Shown: positions 24,522 through 33,934, numbered from the stretch's first letter. The stretch: 40,000 bases of DNA from an uncultured Alphaproteobacteria bacterium (GCA_963703745.1 CAVPFL010000002.1:515637-555636); one strand, 5' to 3'. Notes: generated from the letters alone by a model not told the origin. Numbers and translations: made by a program.

Positions 24522-26192
24522 TTATAAATCAAGCAGACCGTGTGGAAACGCTGCTTTGCAGTGGTGCACCGGCAATGAGGGGCTCAGTGTTATGTGAACC
24601 GCACCATTCGGTTGAGAAGATCTGTCCAATGTAGGGACGCTTGGGGATGTCTTAGAGTTGATCGGGAGACGCTCAGGCGCGGCATTTAGGCCGGGAGCGC
24701 GGCAATCAGCTTTGGCAGTTCCACGATATTGAGGACGCGCCTGAGATTGTAGGCGAGCGCGGTCAAGCTGAACTCGCCGCGCACTTTCTCCAACCCTCGC
24801 ATCAGAAACGCACCCTGGTTCATCCATTGCTTGATCGAGCCAAACGGGTGTTCGACCGTCTCGCGGCGTTGGTCAAAGATGTCAGGACGCTGCGCTATGC
24901 GGGCCTGCATTCGGTCCAATACGGCCGCGTTCTCGAGACGGGATACGGAACGGAACTGGTTGCCGGTACACTGCGATCGGATCGCGCAGCCTCGACAGGC
25001 TTGGCTGTTGCGGTAATTGATCTTCTTCAAGCCACGCATAAGGGAAGACGAATAGGGATGAAGGTGCTGACCTGCGGGGCAGAGAAAGCTGTCGCTGGTT
25101 GGGTCGTAGCTGAACTCATCTTTGCGAAACAGACCCGCTCTGACCGACGGACCACGCTGGGGACGCGGCACGTAAGGGTCGATCCCGGCCTTCTCGCAGG
25201 CCTCGATGTCCTCGATCTTGAAATAGCCCCGGTCGGCCACGACCGCGATCCGCTCCACGCCGAGAACCTCTTTTGCCGGTTCGGCGGTCTGAGCCAGCAG
25301 ACCCATATCCACAACTTGGTTCGTGACTTGCTGCTCGACGATCAGCTTGTGCTTGGCATCGACCGCGACCTGCACGTTGTAGCCGACCGCAACATGCGTA
25401 TGTGCCGCCATCGCTCGGCTGTCGGGGTCGGTGAGCGAGATCTGACTTTCCCCAGTCTGGTCCAGTTCCGCCAGCATTTCCTTGTGCCACTCACGCCGCT
25501 CCTGGATTGCAGCGATCTTCTCGGCCAGGTTTTCGACGCGCGAGCCGTCCTTCCCGCTCTCGGTGGCGTCGCTCTTGTCGAGACGCCGAAGATAGTCCTC
25601 GAGCTTGGCGTCAGCGGCTTTGATGAATTGGGTCAGAGACGCCCGCGTGAAATTGCGATCCTTGTTGTTGACTGCCTTGATCCGCGTGCCGTCCACCGCC
25701 AGCAACTCCCGGCCAAACAGGTCCAGTTGACGGCAGAGCAGCACAAACTGACGGAACACTTGGCGGAAGGCGTTGCGGTTGTCGCGCCGGAAGTCAGCGA
25801 TCGTCTTGAAGTCCGGCTTCAAATGCCGCAGCAGCCAGATCACCTCGATGTTGCGGTGGGTTTCGGCCTCCAGCCGGCGGCTTGATCGCACTCGGTTCAG
25901 GTAGCCGTAAATGTAAAGCTTCAGCAGATCCGCAGGCGAATAGCCCGGGCGGCCTGTCACCTTCGGCTCAACACGGCTAAACGATGCCGTCGCAAGATCC
26001 AGCCCATCGACAAAAGCATCAATAAACCGCACCGGGTTGTCCGCGCCGACATAATCGTCGACCACCTCCGGCAGCAGCAATATCTGGGAGCGGTCGGGGC
26101 CCGAGATGTACGTCATGCCAGATTCTACCGCGTCATACGCCGCGTTGGAATCCACTACCTACGACTTTTCACACGGTCTGCAAGATTTATGC
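24522..26192. mobile_element. IS1182-family (IS5-like) insertion sequence
   Basis: Imperfect terminal inverted repeats: ATAAATCAAGCAGACCGTGTGGAAA at 24524-24548, against the reverse complement of 26166-26190, ATAAATCTTGCAGACCGTGTGAAAA. They enclose a single transposase gene. Total length is about 1.67 kb. No clear direct repeat was seen. Confidence 0.75.
24686..26155 (-). CDS. IS1182-family DDE transposase
   Basis: 489 aa. The N-terminus PDRSQILLLPEVVDDYVGADNPVRFIDAFVDGLDL...GRPGYSPADLLKLYIYGYLNRVRSSRRLE is characteristic of IS1182/IS5-type transposases. DDE region includes AVDGTRIKA, VADRGY and a C-terminal FGSIKQW. Confidence 0.9.
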   Translation of the reverse strand: MDSNAAYDAVESGMTYISGPDRSQILLLPEVVDDYVGADNPVRFIDAFVDGLDLATASFSRVEPKVTGRPGYSPADLLKLYIYGYLNRVRSSRRLEAETHRNIEVIWLLRHLKPDFKTIADFRRDNRNAFRQVFRQFVLLCRQLDLFGRELLAVDGTRIKAVNNKDRNFTRASLTQFIKAADAKLEDYLRRLDKSDATESGKDGSRVENLAEKIAAIQERREWHKEMLAELDQTGESQISLTDPDSRAMAAHTHVAVGYNVQVAVDAKHKLIVEQQVTNQVVDMGLLAQTAEPAKEVLGVERIAVVADRGYFKIEDIEACEKAGIDPYVPRPQRGPSVRAGLFRKDEFSYDPTSDSFLCPAGQHLHPYSSSLMRGLKKINYRNSQACRGCAIRSQCTGNQFRSVSRLENAAVLDRMQARIAQRPDIFDQRRETVEHPFGSIKQWMNQGAFLMRGLEKVRGEFSLTALAYNLRRVLNIVELPKLIAALPA

Positions 26193-26241
26193 ACCCTGCC
26201 AAGGGTGCGCTCGATGCGACTTGCTCACTTTGGACACCGGA

Positions 26242-26538
26242 TCAGAGATCAAGGTCCACGGCCAATTCACGGCGGGTCAACGTCACGATTTTCGCGATCT
26301 CGGCGACCACTTGCCTGTGTTCGGGATCATGGGCCAAGCTATCCTGCGCCCGAGCATAGGCCGTCCAGTCAGCATACTGCACGACGACCATCCAGTCGCC
26401 AACATTTTGGCCTGTTTGAAAGCGGCTAACCTGATAGGCCACGCCGTATTTGAGTAAGACTGCCTTCATCCTTTTGGCCAGGGGTGTCACGTTTTCGACT
26501 GTTCCACCTTGATAGAATGATATGGCTGAAACCGGCAT
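26242..26538 (-). CDS. Hypothetical 98-aa protein
   Basis: MPVSAISFYQGGTVENVTPLAKRMKAVLLKYGVAYQVSRFQTGQNVGDWMVVVQYADW... No family recognised. The upstream in-frame extension is really the displaced PIN C-terminus. Confidence 0.4.
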   Translation of the reverse strand: MPVSAISFYQGGTVENVTPLAKRMKAVLLKYGVAYQVSRFQTGQNVGDWMVVVQYADWTAYARAQDSLAHDPEHRQVVAEIAKIVTLTRRELAVDLDL

Positions 26539-26588
26539 TTCGACCCCCGAATTTGATGCGCGAACTGGATCAGATATCCCCAAGCCGT

Positions 26589-26951
26589 TCAAGGCGAGGC
26601 AAAGGGGGTCGAGCACGAGCAGGTCATCGTCATTGCTGACAATCGTCCGGCTCCGGCCGCGAGTGCGAGCTCGAGATACTTATTGTCCTTTGGATCACGA
26701 CAATCGATTACTCGCACGGTCGGCTCAAACCACACGGCACCCTGGCGCAGTATTTCCAGGATCCGCTCGCCCCGGGCAAGCGGGATTGCACGCGCAAACC
26801 TAGGACGGTTCAGAACTCCGGCAATCTCACCATCGACCGCGGCCGAAAGCGCGAACACATCGATTTCCTCCGCACGCACCAGCGCGCGTTCCGGAACGCT
26901 GTCTGCCTTGAGCGCCGCACCTACGAGGGCTGAGGCGTCGAAGATGATCAA
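26589..26951 (-). pseudogene. vapC: PIN-domain toxin with an apparent single-base frameshift near the C-terminus
   Basis: MIIFDASALVGAAL...CRDPKDNKYLELALAAGA, after which the conserved TIVSNDDDLLVLDP continues in another frame (shift near 26645-26655). Confidence 0.6.
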
Positions 26952-27235
26952 CCGCTGCTGCGGTCGCGACGTTCTGCGTTGTACGCCGCAAGCTCGGCGT
27001 CAATGTCTGCATCGCTGAGGTCCACCGCGCGCGCTTCGGCCTTGAGTTCCGCGATCGCGTGGGCGAGCGGGCTCGGACCGACGCGCGGACGCAGCACGCG
27101 GCTGACCGGGCGACCGACTGCCTCACGGTAGCGCGCATCAGCGAGAGCCGTCGCGGCCTCAGGCTCGACCGGGATGGTCACGTCAACCGATGAAAACAGC
27201 AGCAGAGGTGGCCGCTTGCACGCGGCGACATCCAT
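26948..27235 (-). CDS. Putative antitoxin partnered with the PIN toxin
   Basis: Small ORF with an ATGA overlap onto the PIN start. Reads VTIPVEPEAATALADARYREAVG...AELKAEARAVDLSDADIDAELAAYNAERR. The true start may be the GTG at 27181. Confidence 0.5.
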   Translation of the reverse strand: MDVAACKRPPLLLFSSVDVTIPVEPEAATALADARYREAVGRPVSRVLRPRVGPSPLAHAIAELKAEARAVDLSDADIDAELAAYNAERRDRSSG

Positions 27236-27600
27236 CCAAGGCCGATATAGCTGCCGCCGACATGATGAGATGGTGCGGCAGAAAATCGACGTCCATCATC
27301 GACGAATTCGTCAGGCAGGGCACTTCGTTTATGCCGGGCATTGGCGGCACCAGCGCCCGGCCGCCGACATTGATAATAAAGATCTGTCCGGCGCGCAGCC
27401 GCTCGCCGGCGATTTCCACCCCCTTGCGGCGACGCGAACCGGGCGTGGCTACGGTAGAGCGTGACGTTTGCGGCGTTCTCGAGGGCCGAGGTAATCCCGT
27501 TTCGTGACGCGCCAAAATCGCATCCCTGCGCGCTTTAACCCGCCGCATATCGATGCCGATATCACCACACCATACTCCGCGGCGAAGCGCGCGATCCGGC
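27183..27600 (-). pseudogene. Second, paralogous pyridine nucleotide-disulfide oxidoreductase fragment (internal piece, frameshifted)
   Basis: DIGIDMRRVKARRDAIL ... VEIAGERLRAGQIFIINVGGRALVPPMPGINEVPCLTNSSMMDVDFLPHHLIM, with GGSYIGL in a shifted frame. About 190 bp (27431-27600) is visibly homologous to 23641-23830. Confidence 0.5.
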
Positions 27601-27625
27601 ATGCTCACATTATCTGCAAATGAGC

Positions 27626-28300
27626 TCAGCGCCTCCCCGCGTCGCCATCCTTCCAATCTTTCGGCGCACGCGCTTTTATGGCCCGTTGTTCGGGTTCGTC
27701 GGCGACAGGAAGGTGCCAGCCACGGCGAATAGCAATTAACCGGAGCCCGAAGCAGAGGACCGCGCCGGCAATCGTCACCGCGATCAATGGGAGTCGCGAC
27801 GCGGCGCCGATGATCACCACCGCCGCGCCGGCCAGGGCGGCGACGGCATAAAGATCGGCGCGCAATACGATGGGAATTTCGGCCAGCAACACATCGCGGG
27901 TCATGCCACCGCCGATCCCGGTCAGCATGCCGAGGAGCGCCGCCATGACCGGGTGGAGCCCGAAAGCGAGCGCCTTTTGCGTGCCGGCAACCGCGAAGAG
28001 AGCCAGCCCCGCGGCGTCGAACAGCAGCACCGGGCTGCGCAACCGGTCGATGATGGTAGGGCGCCAGAACGTGACGATTCCGGCCAGCAGCGAAACCCCC
28101 AGATAGCGCCAGTCGCTGATCGCGGCCGGCGGCACCGCACCGATCAGCAGGTCGCGGGCGATGCCCCCGGCATTGCCCGCCGCATACGACAAGACCAAGA
28201 CCCCGAACAGGTCCAGCCGGTGCTTGACCCCGGCCATCGCGCCGCTCAGCGCAAAGACAAAGGTCCCAAGGAGATCGAGCACCAATAGGAGCGTTTCCAT
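27626..28300 (-). CDS. Trimeric intracellular cation channel / UPF0126 (YadS/YicG-like) membrane protein
   Basis: METLLLVLDLLGTFVFALSGAMAGVKHRLDLFGVLVLSYAAGNAGGIARDLLIG, with a second similar half GLALFAVAGTQKA...MLTGIGGGMTRDVLL. This is the duplicated UPF0126 domain. Confidence 0.8.
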   Translation of the reverse strand: METLLLVLDLLGTFVFALSGAMAGVKHRLDLFGVLVLSYAAGNAGGIARDLLIGAVPPAAISDWRYLGVSLLAGIVTFWRPTIIDRLRSPVLLFDAAGLALFAVAGTQKALAFGLHPVMAALLGMLTGIGGGMTRDVLLAEIPIVLRADLYAVAALAGAAVVIIGAASRLPLIAVTIAGAVLCFGLRLIAIRRGWHLPVADEPEQRAIKARAPKDWKDGDAGRR

Positions 28301-28369
28301 CCCGGGCTTTCCTACCCCAAAACCTGGCAACCCGCCGTTCTCGGTCCCGGACCGGCCCGATCCGCCAGC

Positions 28370-28790
28370 CTATGGTCTCAGCCAGACCCGCGCCGCGACG
28401 ATCAAAGCCTCGACGCCGGTCTGCAAGGTCGGATGGATAACCGGCGCAAAGCGCGAATTGTGGTTGGTCGGGATCTCGTCGCGCCGGCCGGCCTGCTTGG
28501 CTTTCGCGTAGCGGTCGGGGTCGCTGCCGCCGACGAACCAGAACACGGAGGGCGCGTGCACTCCGCGCCGAACGATCCGAAATCCTCGCGGGCCGGCGCC
28601 GGTCCGGTCGGGCGCACGGTCGGCGGAAAAGTGCCGGCGGAACGCATCGGCGACGGGCTTGCTCGCCGCGGGATCGTTGGTCACGAGGCGATAGCTGTCG
28701 AGCGGCGTGATCTCCGGCGGCCGGAGGGCCTCCGAGGCCCCGGCCTCGGCGTTGACGATCGGGGTGTCTTATCTTGTCCCAACACTTGTA
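28370..28790 (-). pseudogene. M20-family amidohydrolase/peptidase, C-terminal remnant with frameshifts
   Basis: LVTNDPAASKPVADAFRRHF..., then EDFGSFG in another frame, then PSVFWFVGGSDP...HNSRFAPVIHPTLQTGVEALIVAA. The 5-prime part is missing at an AT-rich junction near 28770-28810. Confidence 0.5.
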
Positions 28791-29016
28791 TCTATAGAGG
28801 AGAGAGCTAACCATCTGGTGGGACGTGACTCGGCAGACGGTCTTCTATAGCTGCGCCTACGCCGAGCGACGACGGGCTAGAGACCTGCCGGCGCATTCAG
28901 GATAATAGGGGCCACGGAAAGGAACTTGAAACGATGTCGGTAGCGCACGGCGATCCGCCGACAATAGTGTACGCTCTGGAGGATTGGTGAGGTGAATGTG
29001 GAATAGGAGAATTGCA

Positions 29017-29310
29017 ATGCGCTCTGTCCCGGCGACAAGACGCCCCGGGCGTTGCGGCGCACTGGCGTCCTGCATTTCGGCACTTGCGGGTATCGCCCCG
29101 GGTGTCCAGGCGGAAGCACAGACCGCCAGTGCAGCGACGCAGCCCCAGGCGGTGGTGACCGGCCCCATGACGCTGCACTACTACGAGGGTCGCGTCGCGC
29201 TGCCGCAGTTCCGCCAGCTCGGTACGGAATATGGCCGTTATGGACCAATTACGCTCTACCTGTGCGGCTCGACTTGGACTAACTCGCCGACTTGCGGACC
29301 ACTGCGCTGA
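29017..29310 (+). CDS. Hypothetical small exported protein
   Basis: MRSVPATRRPGRCGALASCISALAGIAPGVQAEAQ looks like a signal peptide with an AxA cleavage site. No family recognised. Confidence 0.4.
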   Translation: MRSVPATRRPGRCGALASCISALAGIAPGVQAEAQTASAATQPQAVVTGPMTLHYYEGRVALPQFRQLGTEYGRYGPITLYLCGSTWTNSPTCGPLR

Positions 29311-29324
29311 AGCCAAGCGCCGTT

Positions 29325-29430
29325 GGATAGTTATGCTTTTGACGTGGCGAGGCTCACCATCCCCGCTTAAAGAGCCAACCCATGCGGATCAACCAGCTCG
29401 GCGTCTCCGCGCCTGCGAACCGGCCGATCC
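29325..29430. repeat. Copy 1 of a roughly 100-bp intergenic repeat
   Basis: GACGTGGCGAGGCTCACCATCCCCGCTTAAAGAGCCAACCC... aligns with 30850-30950 in the same orientation. Confidence 0.6.
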
Positions 29431-29531
29431 ATGCATTGTCGCTTCTCACCAGCTGCGCGTGGCAGCTATCGCATCGAAGGCAATTACAACGGCTATTGCA
29501 ATCCTGAGATCGCGGCCCCTTACGGCTGTAC

Positions 29532-30749
29532 CTACACGCTACCGAACACGATCGTGCACGGGCTGTTTGTTTTGATGACCCGACCAGTCGGCGTCAGGAA
29601 CCCGTTCGCTTGGTTGATCCTGAACGGCACGATCGTGTCGGTGTGTTGCTCATCGCTGAAACCCTCGTCGGCGTTGGCGGCATAGAGGGTCTTGGCTGCA
29701 GGATCGAGGCAAAAAAAGCGCGGGGACTTGGCGTGGGTCGGTGCCCAGTCCACCGGGGTCAGGGTCCCGTCGCGGGCGTCGACGGCGAAAACCCCGATGC
29801 TGTCGTGTCCACGGTTCGAAGCATAGACGACGCGGCCGGAAGGCGCGACGGCGACCTCGGCGCCGTGATTGTCGCCGGTGTAGTTCGGCGGAATAGACGG
29901 CACAATCTGGATCGGCTGCAAGCTGCCGCGCTGCGGATCGAAGCCGTATGTGGTGACGCTCGAACCAAGTTCGTTGATCACATACGCCAGCGGCATCTGG
30001 GGATGAAAGGCGATGTGCCGCGGACCGGCGCCCGAGCGCGTTTTGACGAAGGGTGGATCGTTCGGCGTCAGTTTCCCGGTTGCTGCGTCGAGGCGAAACA
30101 CGAAGATCCGGTCGAACCCCAGGTCGGGTACCGCGATGAAGCGGCCGCTCGGATCGAAAACGGCGTCGTGCGGATGCGAACTCGCCTGACGTTTCCCATC
30201 TGGACCCGGTTCCCCTGACAGGTTCACCAGATCGCTGCGCGATCCCAAGGTGCCGTCTTTCTCGATCGGCACGACACCGACCGACCCGGCGCTGTAATTG
30301 GCGGTGATGATCCAGCGCCCGGTCGGATCGATCGATAGGTGCACCGGGTTCTTGCCGCCGCAGGACTGCCGGTTGAGCGCGGTGATGTGCCCGGTTTGCT
30401 TGTCGATCGCATAGGCGCTGACCTCATCGAGGTCGGCATGCACCGAGTAGAGAAAGCGCTGCTCCCGATCGAGCGTCAGAAACGAGGGATTGTCGACCTC
30501 GAGGAGCTGTTCCTGGGCCCAGGCGCCGGAGGTCGGGTCCACGCGGTAGACATTGATGCCGCCGCCGAGCCCCTTGCGCTCCGGTGTCGTGAAGGCACCA
30601 ACATAGGCGAACAGCGCCGTTGCGCGAGGCTGAGCCTCGGCATGCCCGCCACGCAGTATCACTGGGCCGGCCGTCGCGAGGGCCACCCCCGCCTTCAGCA
30701 CAATACGCCTGTCTATGCGCTTGTCTGCGGCAGTCGATGCCTCGTTCAT
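29532..30749 (-). CDS. Lactonase, 7-bladed beta-propeller family, with a probable Tat signal
   Basis: RIDRRIVLKAGVALATAG is a twin-arginine motif. The body matches the 6-phosphogluconolactonase-like propeller family (FLYSVHADLDEVSAYAID, HPHDAVFDPSGRF, GPRHIAFHP). An alternative start lies at 30767. Confidence 0.85.
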   Translation of the reverse strand: MNEASTAADKRIDRRIVLKAGVALATAGPVILRGGHAEAQPRATALFAYVGAFTTPERKGLGGGINVYRVDPTSGAWAQEQLLEVDNPSFLTLDREQRFLYSVHADLDEVSAYAIDKQTGHITALNRQSCGGKNPVHLSIDPTGRWIITANYSAGSVGVVPIEKDGTLGSRSDLVNLSGEPGPDGKRQASSHPHDAVFDPSGRFIAVPDLGFDRIFVFRLDAATGKLTPNDPPFVKTRSGAGPRHIAFHPQMPLAYVINELGSSVTTYGFDPQRGSLQPIQIVPSIPPNYTGDNHGAEVAVAPSGRVVYASNRGHDSIGVFAVDARDGTLTPVDWAPTHAKSPRFFCLDPAAKTLYAANADEGFSDEQHTDTIVPFRINQANGFLTPTGRVIKTNSPCTIVFGSV

Positions 30750-30844
30750 CTTCCTCCCCGATGTCACTTCGAGACTCCGCCTGTCCGTCTTCGGAAGATT
30801 GTGGGTTTCCGTTGGCGCAGGTCAAGGGAGGCAGTCACGGCGCA

Positions 30845-30950
30845 CGTGTACAATTTCGACGTGGCGAGACTGACCCTCCCTGCTTGAAGGGCCAACCTCT
30901 CTGGGGATTGACGGGGCGATGTCGGATCGAACGGCAGCGTTCACCCATGC
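30845..30950. repeat. Copy 2 of the roughly 100-bp intergenic repeat
   Basis: GACGTGGCGAGACTGACCCTCCCTGCTTGAAGGGCCAACCTC... See copy 1. Confidence 0.6.
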
Positions 30951-31663
30951 TACGATGATAAAATACGACGACCCGCATTGAGCAGCATATCGCTGACCCA
31001 CGCCCCTTGCATCACGTCCGCTTGCATCGTGCGCCCAGCCTGCCGGATGCGATTTGTGATTTCCTGCATTGTCTTGACGACTTCCGGATGGTCGGGCTGG
31101 CCGGGATAGCCAAGACTTTGGGCAAAATCGTTTGCGCCAATGCTGTAGAGGTCGATACCCGGTACCGAGAGAATGGAGTCGAGGTTGTGGAGCACCGCGA
31201 CATCTTCAAGCAAAGCGCAGACTAGCATCTGCTCGTTTGCCTCACGGTAGTACGCGGCCTTGTCGGCAATCCCGGCATTGTAGTCGGTGCCCCGGTTGGC
31301 CCCGAATGACCGCTCGCCGAGCGGACCGAAATAGCATGCGCGCACCAGCTGGCGGGCGTCCGCCTCGGTGGCGATGTGCGGGCCCAATATGCCCATGATC
31401 CCACGATCGAGATAGCGCAGGATGGTTGATGAGCCGATGTCCGGCACCCTGGCGATCGTTGTCAAATTATGACGTTCGGCGGTCCGGCAGAGGTCCTCAA
31501 GCTGGTCCAGGCCAAACGGCCCATGCTCGCCATCGATGAAGACGAAATCGAAGTCGAGCTTCCCCAGAATGTCGATCACCCAGGGGGACGGGAAGGAAAG
31601 GTTGTAGCCGTACGCCTTGCGTCCGGCGCGCATGGCGGCTTTGACGCGGTTGGGTTGCTTCAT
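30950..31663 (-). CDS. HpcH/HpaI-family aldolase (2-keto-3-deoxy acid aldolase type)
   Basis: MKQPNRVKAAMRAGRKAYGYNLSFPSPWVIDILGKLDFDFVFIDGEHGP...LLEDVAVLHNLDSILSVPGIDLYSIGANDF. The 335-aa ORF in the track is an unlikely N-terminal extension. Confidence 0.85.
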   Translation of the reverse strand: MKQPNRVKAAMRAGRKAYGYNLSFPSPWVIDILGKLDFDFVFIDGEHGPFGLDQLEDLCRTAERHNLTTIARVPDIGSSTILRYLDRGIMGILGPHIATEADARQLVRACYFGPLGERSFGANRGTDYNAGIADKAAYYREANEQMLVCALLEDVAVLHNLDSILSVPGIDLYSIGANDFAQSLGYPGQPDHPEVVKTMQEITNRIRQAGRTMQADVMQGAWVSDMLLNAGRRILSS

Positions 31664-31810
31664 CGTATGTCCTCTGTGTGGCGACCGCGATCTGATCCAA
31701 ATTCGGCCATATGCGCACGGGTCCCGCAAGCGGTATAGTGGGGCTGGTGAGGGTCGTACAGGCGGCAGGGCCGCGATGGCGCCCTCACCACTAAGCAGGA
31801 GGGGTAAATC

Positions 31811-32932
31811 ATGGCGAATTACCGGGTCATATCGTCGGACAATCACGTGTTTGAGCCACCGGACCTGTGGACGAGCAGAGCCAAGCCGGCGTTCAAGGAC
31901 CGGGTCCCACAGCTGGTCCGCGAGTATGACGGCGATTGGTGGTTCTGCGACGGCCACCGGGTGATCGGGCTAAGCGCCGGGGCACAGACGGGTATGCGGT
32001 TCGAGGCGCCGGAACAGATGGTCCGCACCACGACCTTTGATAGAGTCCGGCGCGGGGGCTACGAACCCGCGGAACACCTCAAGGATATGGATGCCGATGG
32101 GGTGGATGTCAGTATTGTCTATCCCACGGTCGGTCTGCTGATGTACAGCGTACCGGACAGTGCGTTCCTGTCGGAGCTATTCAGAGGATACAACAATTGG
32201 CTCGCCGAGTTCTCCGCCGGAGAGCCCAAGCGCCTCAAGGGCATCGCCATGATCAACGTCGACGATGTGCAGGAAGGTGTCACGGAGCTGGAGCGTTGTG
32301 CCAGGATGGGGCTGGCGGGCGGCATGATCACCGTCTATCCCCCAGAGGGGAAGGGGTACGACAATCCGATGTACGAGCCGCTGTGGGCGGCGGCCCAGGA
32401 TCTGGACATTCCCCTTGGCATGCACATCGCGACCAACCGTCCCGGCCCCGGGCAGGATTTTGCGCTTGAGGACCGCAACCGTGTGCGCAACTCCTTCCTG
32501 GCCAATGCCGACCATTGGGTACGGATGTCTCTTGCCGACATGATCTTCAGCGGCGTCTTTGAGCGCTATCCAAAACTCCAGGTGGGCACCGTGGAGCACG
32601 AACTGTCCTGGATCCCGCATTTCCTGAACCGCATCGACTACACCTACACCCAGCGGGTTCAGCAGGAGCGCTATCGCTTCAAGGAGGCCATGCTGCCCAG
32701 CGACTATTTCCACCGCAACGTGTTTGCGGGCTTTCAGGAAGATGCCATGGGCATACGCGACCGCCACCTCATTGGTGTCGACAATCTCCTCTGGGGCTCA
32801 GATTATCCGCACGTCGAGTCCACCTTCCCCAGGAGCCGGCAGATCATTGAGAATATTCTGGCGGAGTGCACTGAAGAGGAGAAGGCCAAGATCGCCGGAG
32901 GCAATGCCGCCCGGATCTACCATCTCAACTAG
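31811..32932 (+). CDS. Amidohydrolase-2 family protein
   Basis: VISSDNHVFEPPDLW..., DADGVDVSIVYPT, LLWGSDYPHVESTFP. Confidence 0.85.
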   Translation: MANYRVISSDNHVFEPPDLWTSRAKPAFKDRVPQLVREYDGDWWFCDGHRVIGLSAGAQTGMRFEAPEQMVRTTTFDRVRRGGYEPAEHLKDMDADGVDVSIVYPTVGLLMYSVPDSAFLSELFRGYNNWLAEFSAGEPKRLKGIAMINVDDVQEGVTELERCARMGLAGGMITVYPPEGKGYDNPMYEPLWAAAQDLDIPLGMHIATNRPGPGQDFALEDRNRVRNSFLANADHWVRMSLADMIFSGVFERYPKLQVGTVEHELSWIPHFLNRIDYTYTQRVQQERYRFKEAMLPSDYFHRNVFAGFQEDAMGIRDRHLIGVDNLLWGSDYPHVESTFPRSRQIIENILAECTEEEKAKIAGGNAARIYHLN

Positions 32933-33244
32933 GTTCCAGTAGTCCTCCTCTGGTCACCAGACGCCGCGGTCGCTGGGTCCTCCCGGGTGCGGAGGATCCA
33001 GCGCTGTTAGAGGCGCTATGGTGGGCGCAGCTTTCGGTTCGCAAACGATGCCCTGGCCGGGGAACGACTTCTTGAACCCATCGAGAGAACTCCGCGGTGG
33101 AGTCGACCTCGTCGTCATGCTTGCCCAGCGGAAAGACAGTCATCTCGTAGAGATATTCGGCGTCCTGATGGTCAGGGAATTGGCGCTGGATAGGGCGGGT
33201 TGGCTGACATAAGGTCGGGCAATTCGATCCTACAGGAGGACGCA

Positions 33245-33883
33245 ATGGCGGAAACGACCGACATTTTCGAGGTCATGAGCACGATGCGGGCGATGCGGCG
33301 GCTGAAGCCCGACCCGGTGTCGGACGAGTTGATCAACAAAATCCTGCAGGCGGCGCAGTGGGCGCCGAGCGGGGGCAATACCCAGCGCTGGCGGTTCCTG
33401 GTGGTCAAGGACTCAGAGATCAAGAAGAAGGTACAAGTCTATTACAAGCGTCTATACGACGAGACGGTCGGCCCGCGCTACGCGTCGAGCGCGCCGCCGC
33501 CGGGCTCCGATCCCGCCCGCTACGAGCGTCAGCACGCTGCGGTCGAATACTTGACCAACCATTACCACGAGGCGCCGGTGTGGATCGTGGCCTGCCTCGA
33601 AGACGGCGAGAACCCGGGCCGAACGGCCGGCTCATCGATCTATCCTGCGGTGCAGAACATGCTCCTGGCGACACGCGCACTCGGCCTCGGCACGACCTTG
33701 ACCACGCGGCACACCGGCTACGGGAAGGAGGTCGACGCGATCTTTGGCTTGCCGTCGGGCGTCCATTCATATGCGATCCTGCCGATCGGCTGGCCGATGG
33801 GCCGGTTCGGGCCGTTGGGCCGCGGGCCGCTTAAGGATGTCGTCTATCAGGACCAGTGGGGCAAACCCTACCAGGGACTTTAA
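33245..33883 (+). CDS. Nitroreductase-family protein
   Basis: MRAMRRLKPDPVSDELINKILQAAQWAPSGGNTQRWRFLVV is the classic nitroreductase N-terminal signature. Confidence 0.85.
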   Translation: MAETTDIFEVMSTMRAMRRLKPDPVSDELINKILQAAQWAPSGGNTQRWRFLVVKDSEIKKKVQVYYKRLYDETVGPRYASSAPPPGSDPARYERQHAAVEYLTNHYHEAPVWIVACLEDGENPGRTAGSSIYPAVQNMLLATRALGLGTTLTTRHTGYGKEVDAIFGLPSGVHSYAILPIGWPMGRFGPLGRGPLKDVVYQDQWGKPYQGL

Positions 33884-33934
33884 CCTGAGGTGCTACCTCT
33901 TGGCGGTATTGCCGTCCGCGGATAGCCCCGATCG

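Noticed and set aside
23494-27600. Idea that the two oxidoreductase fragments are one gene split by insertion of the IS and TA cargo
   Set aside because: Both fragments are on the minus strand, but the N-terminal fragment lies at the lower coordinates. The fragments also overlap by about 190 bp of diverged sequence. This is the wrong order and geometry for a simple insertion with target duplication.
27183-28814. 543-aa minus-strand ORF spanning the whole 27.2-28.8 kb region
   Set aside because: It runs out of frame through the UPF0126 channel gene and two pseudogene remnants. Only its last ~140 residues carry recognisable oxidoreductase-fragment motifs; the rest is Arg/Pro/Gly-rich. The real features are the shorter ones annotated separately.
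30950-31957. 335-aa version of the HpcH aldolase ORF
   Set aside because: The first 98 residues are Arg/Pro-rich and overlap the divergent amidohydrolase gene start. The aldolase homology begins at MKQPNRVKAAM (start 31663).
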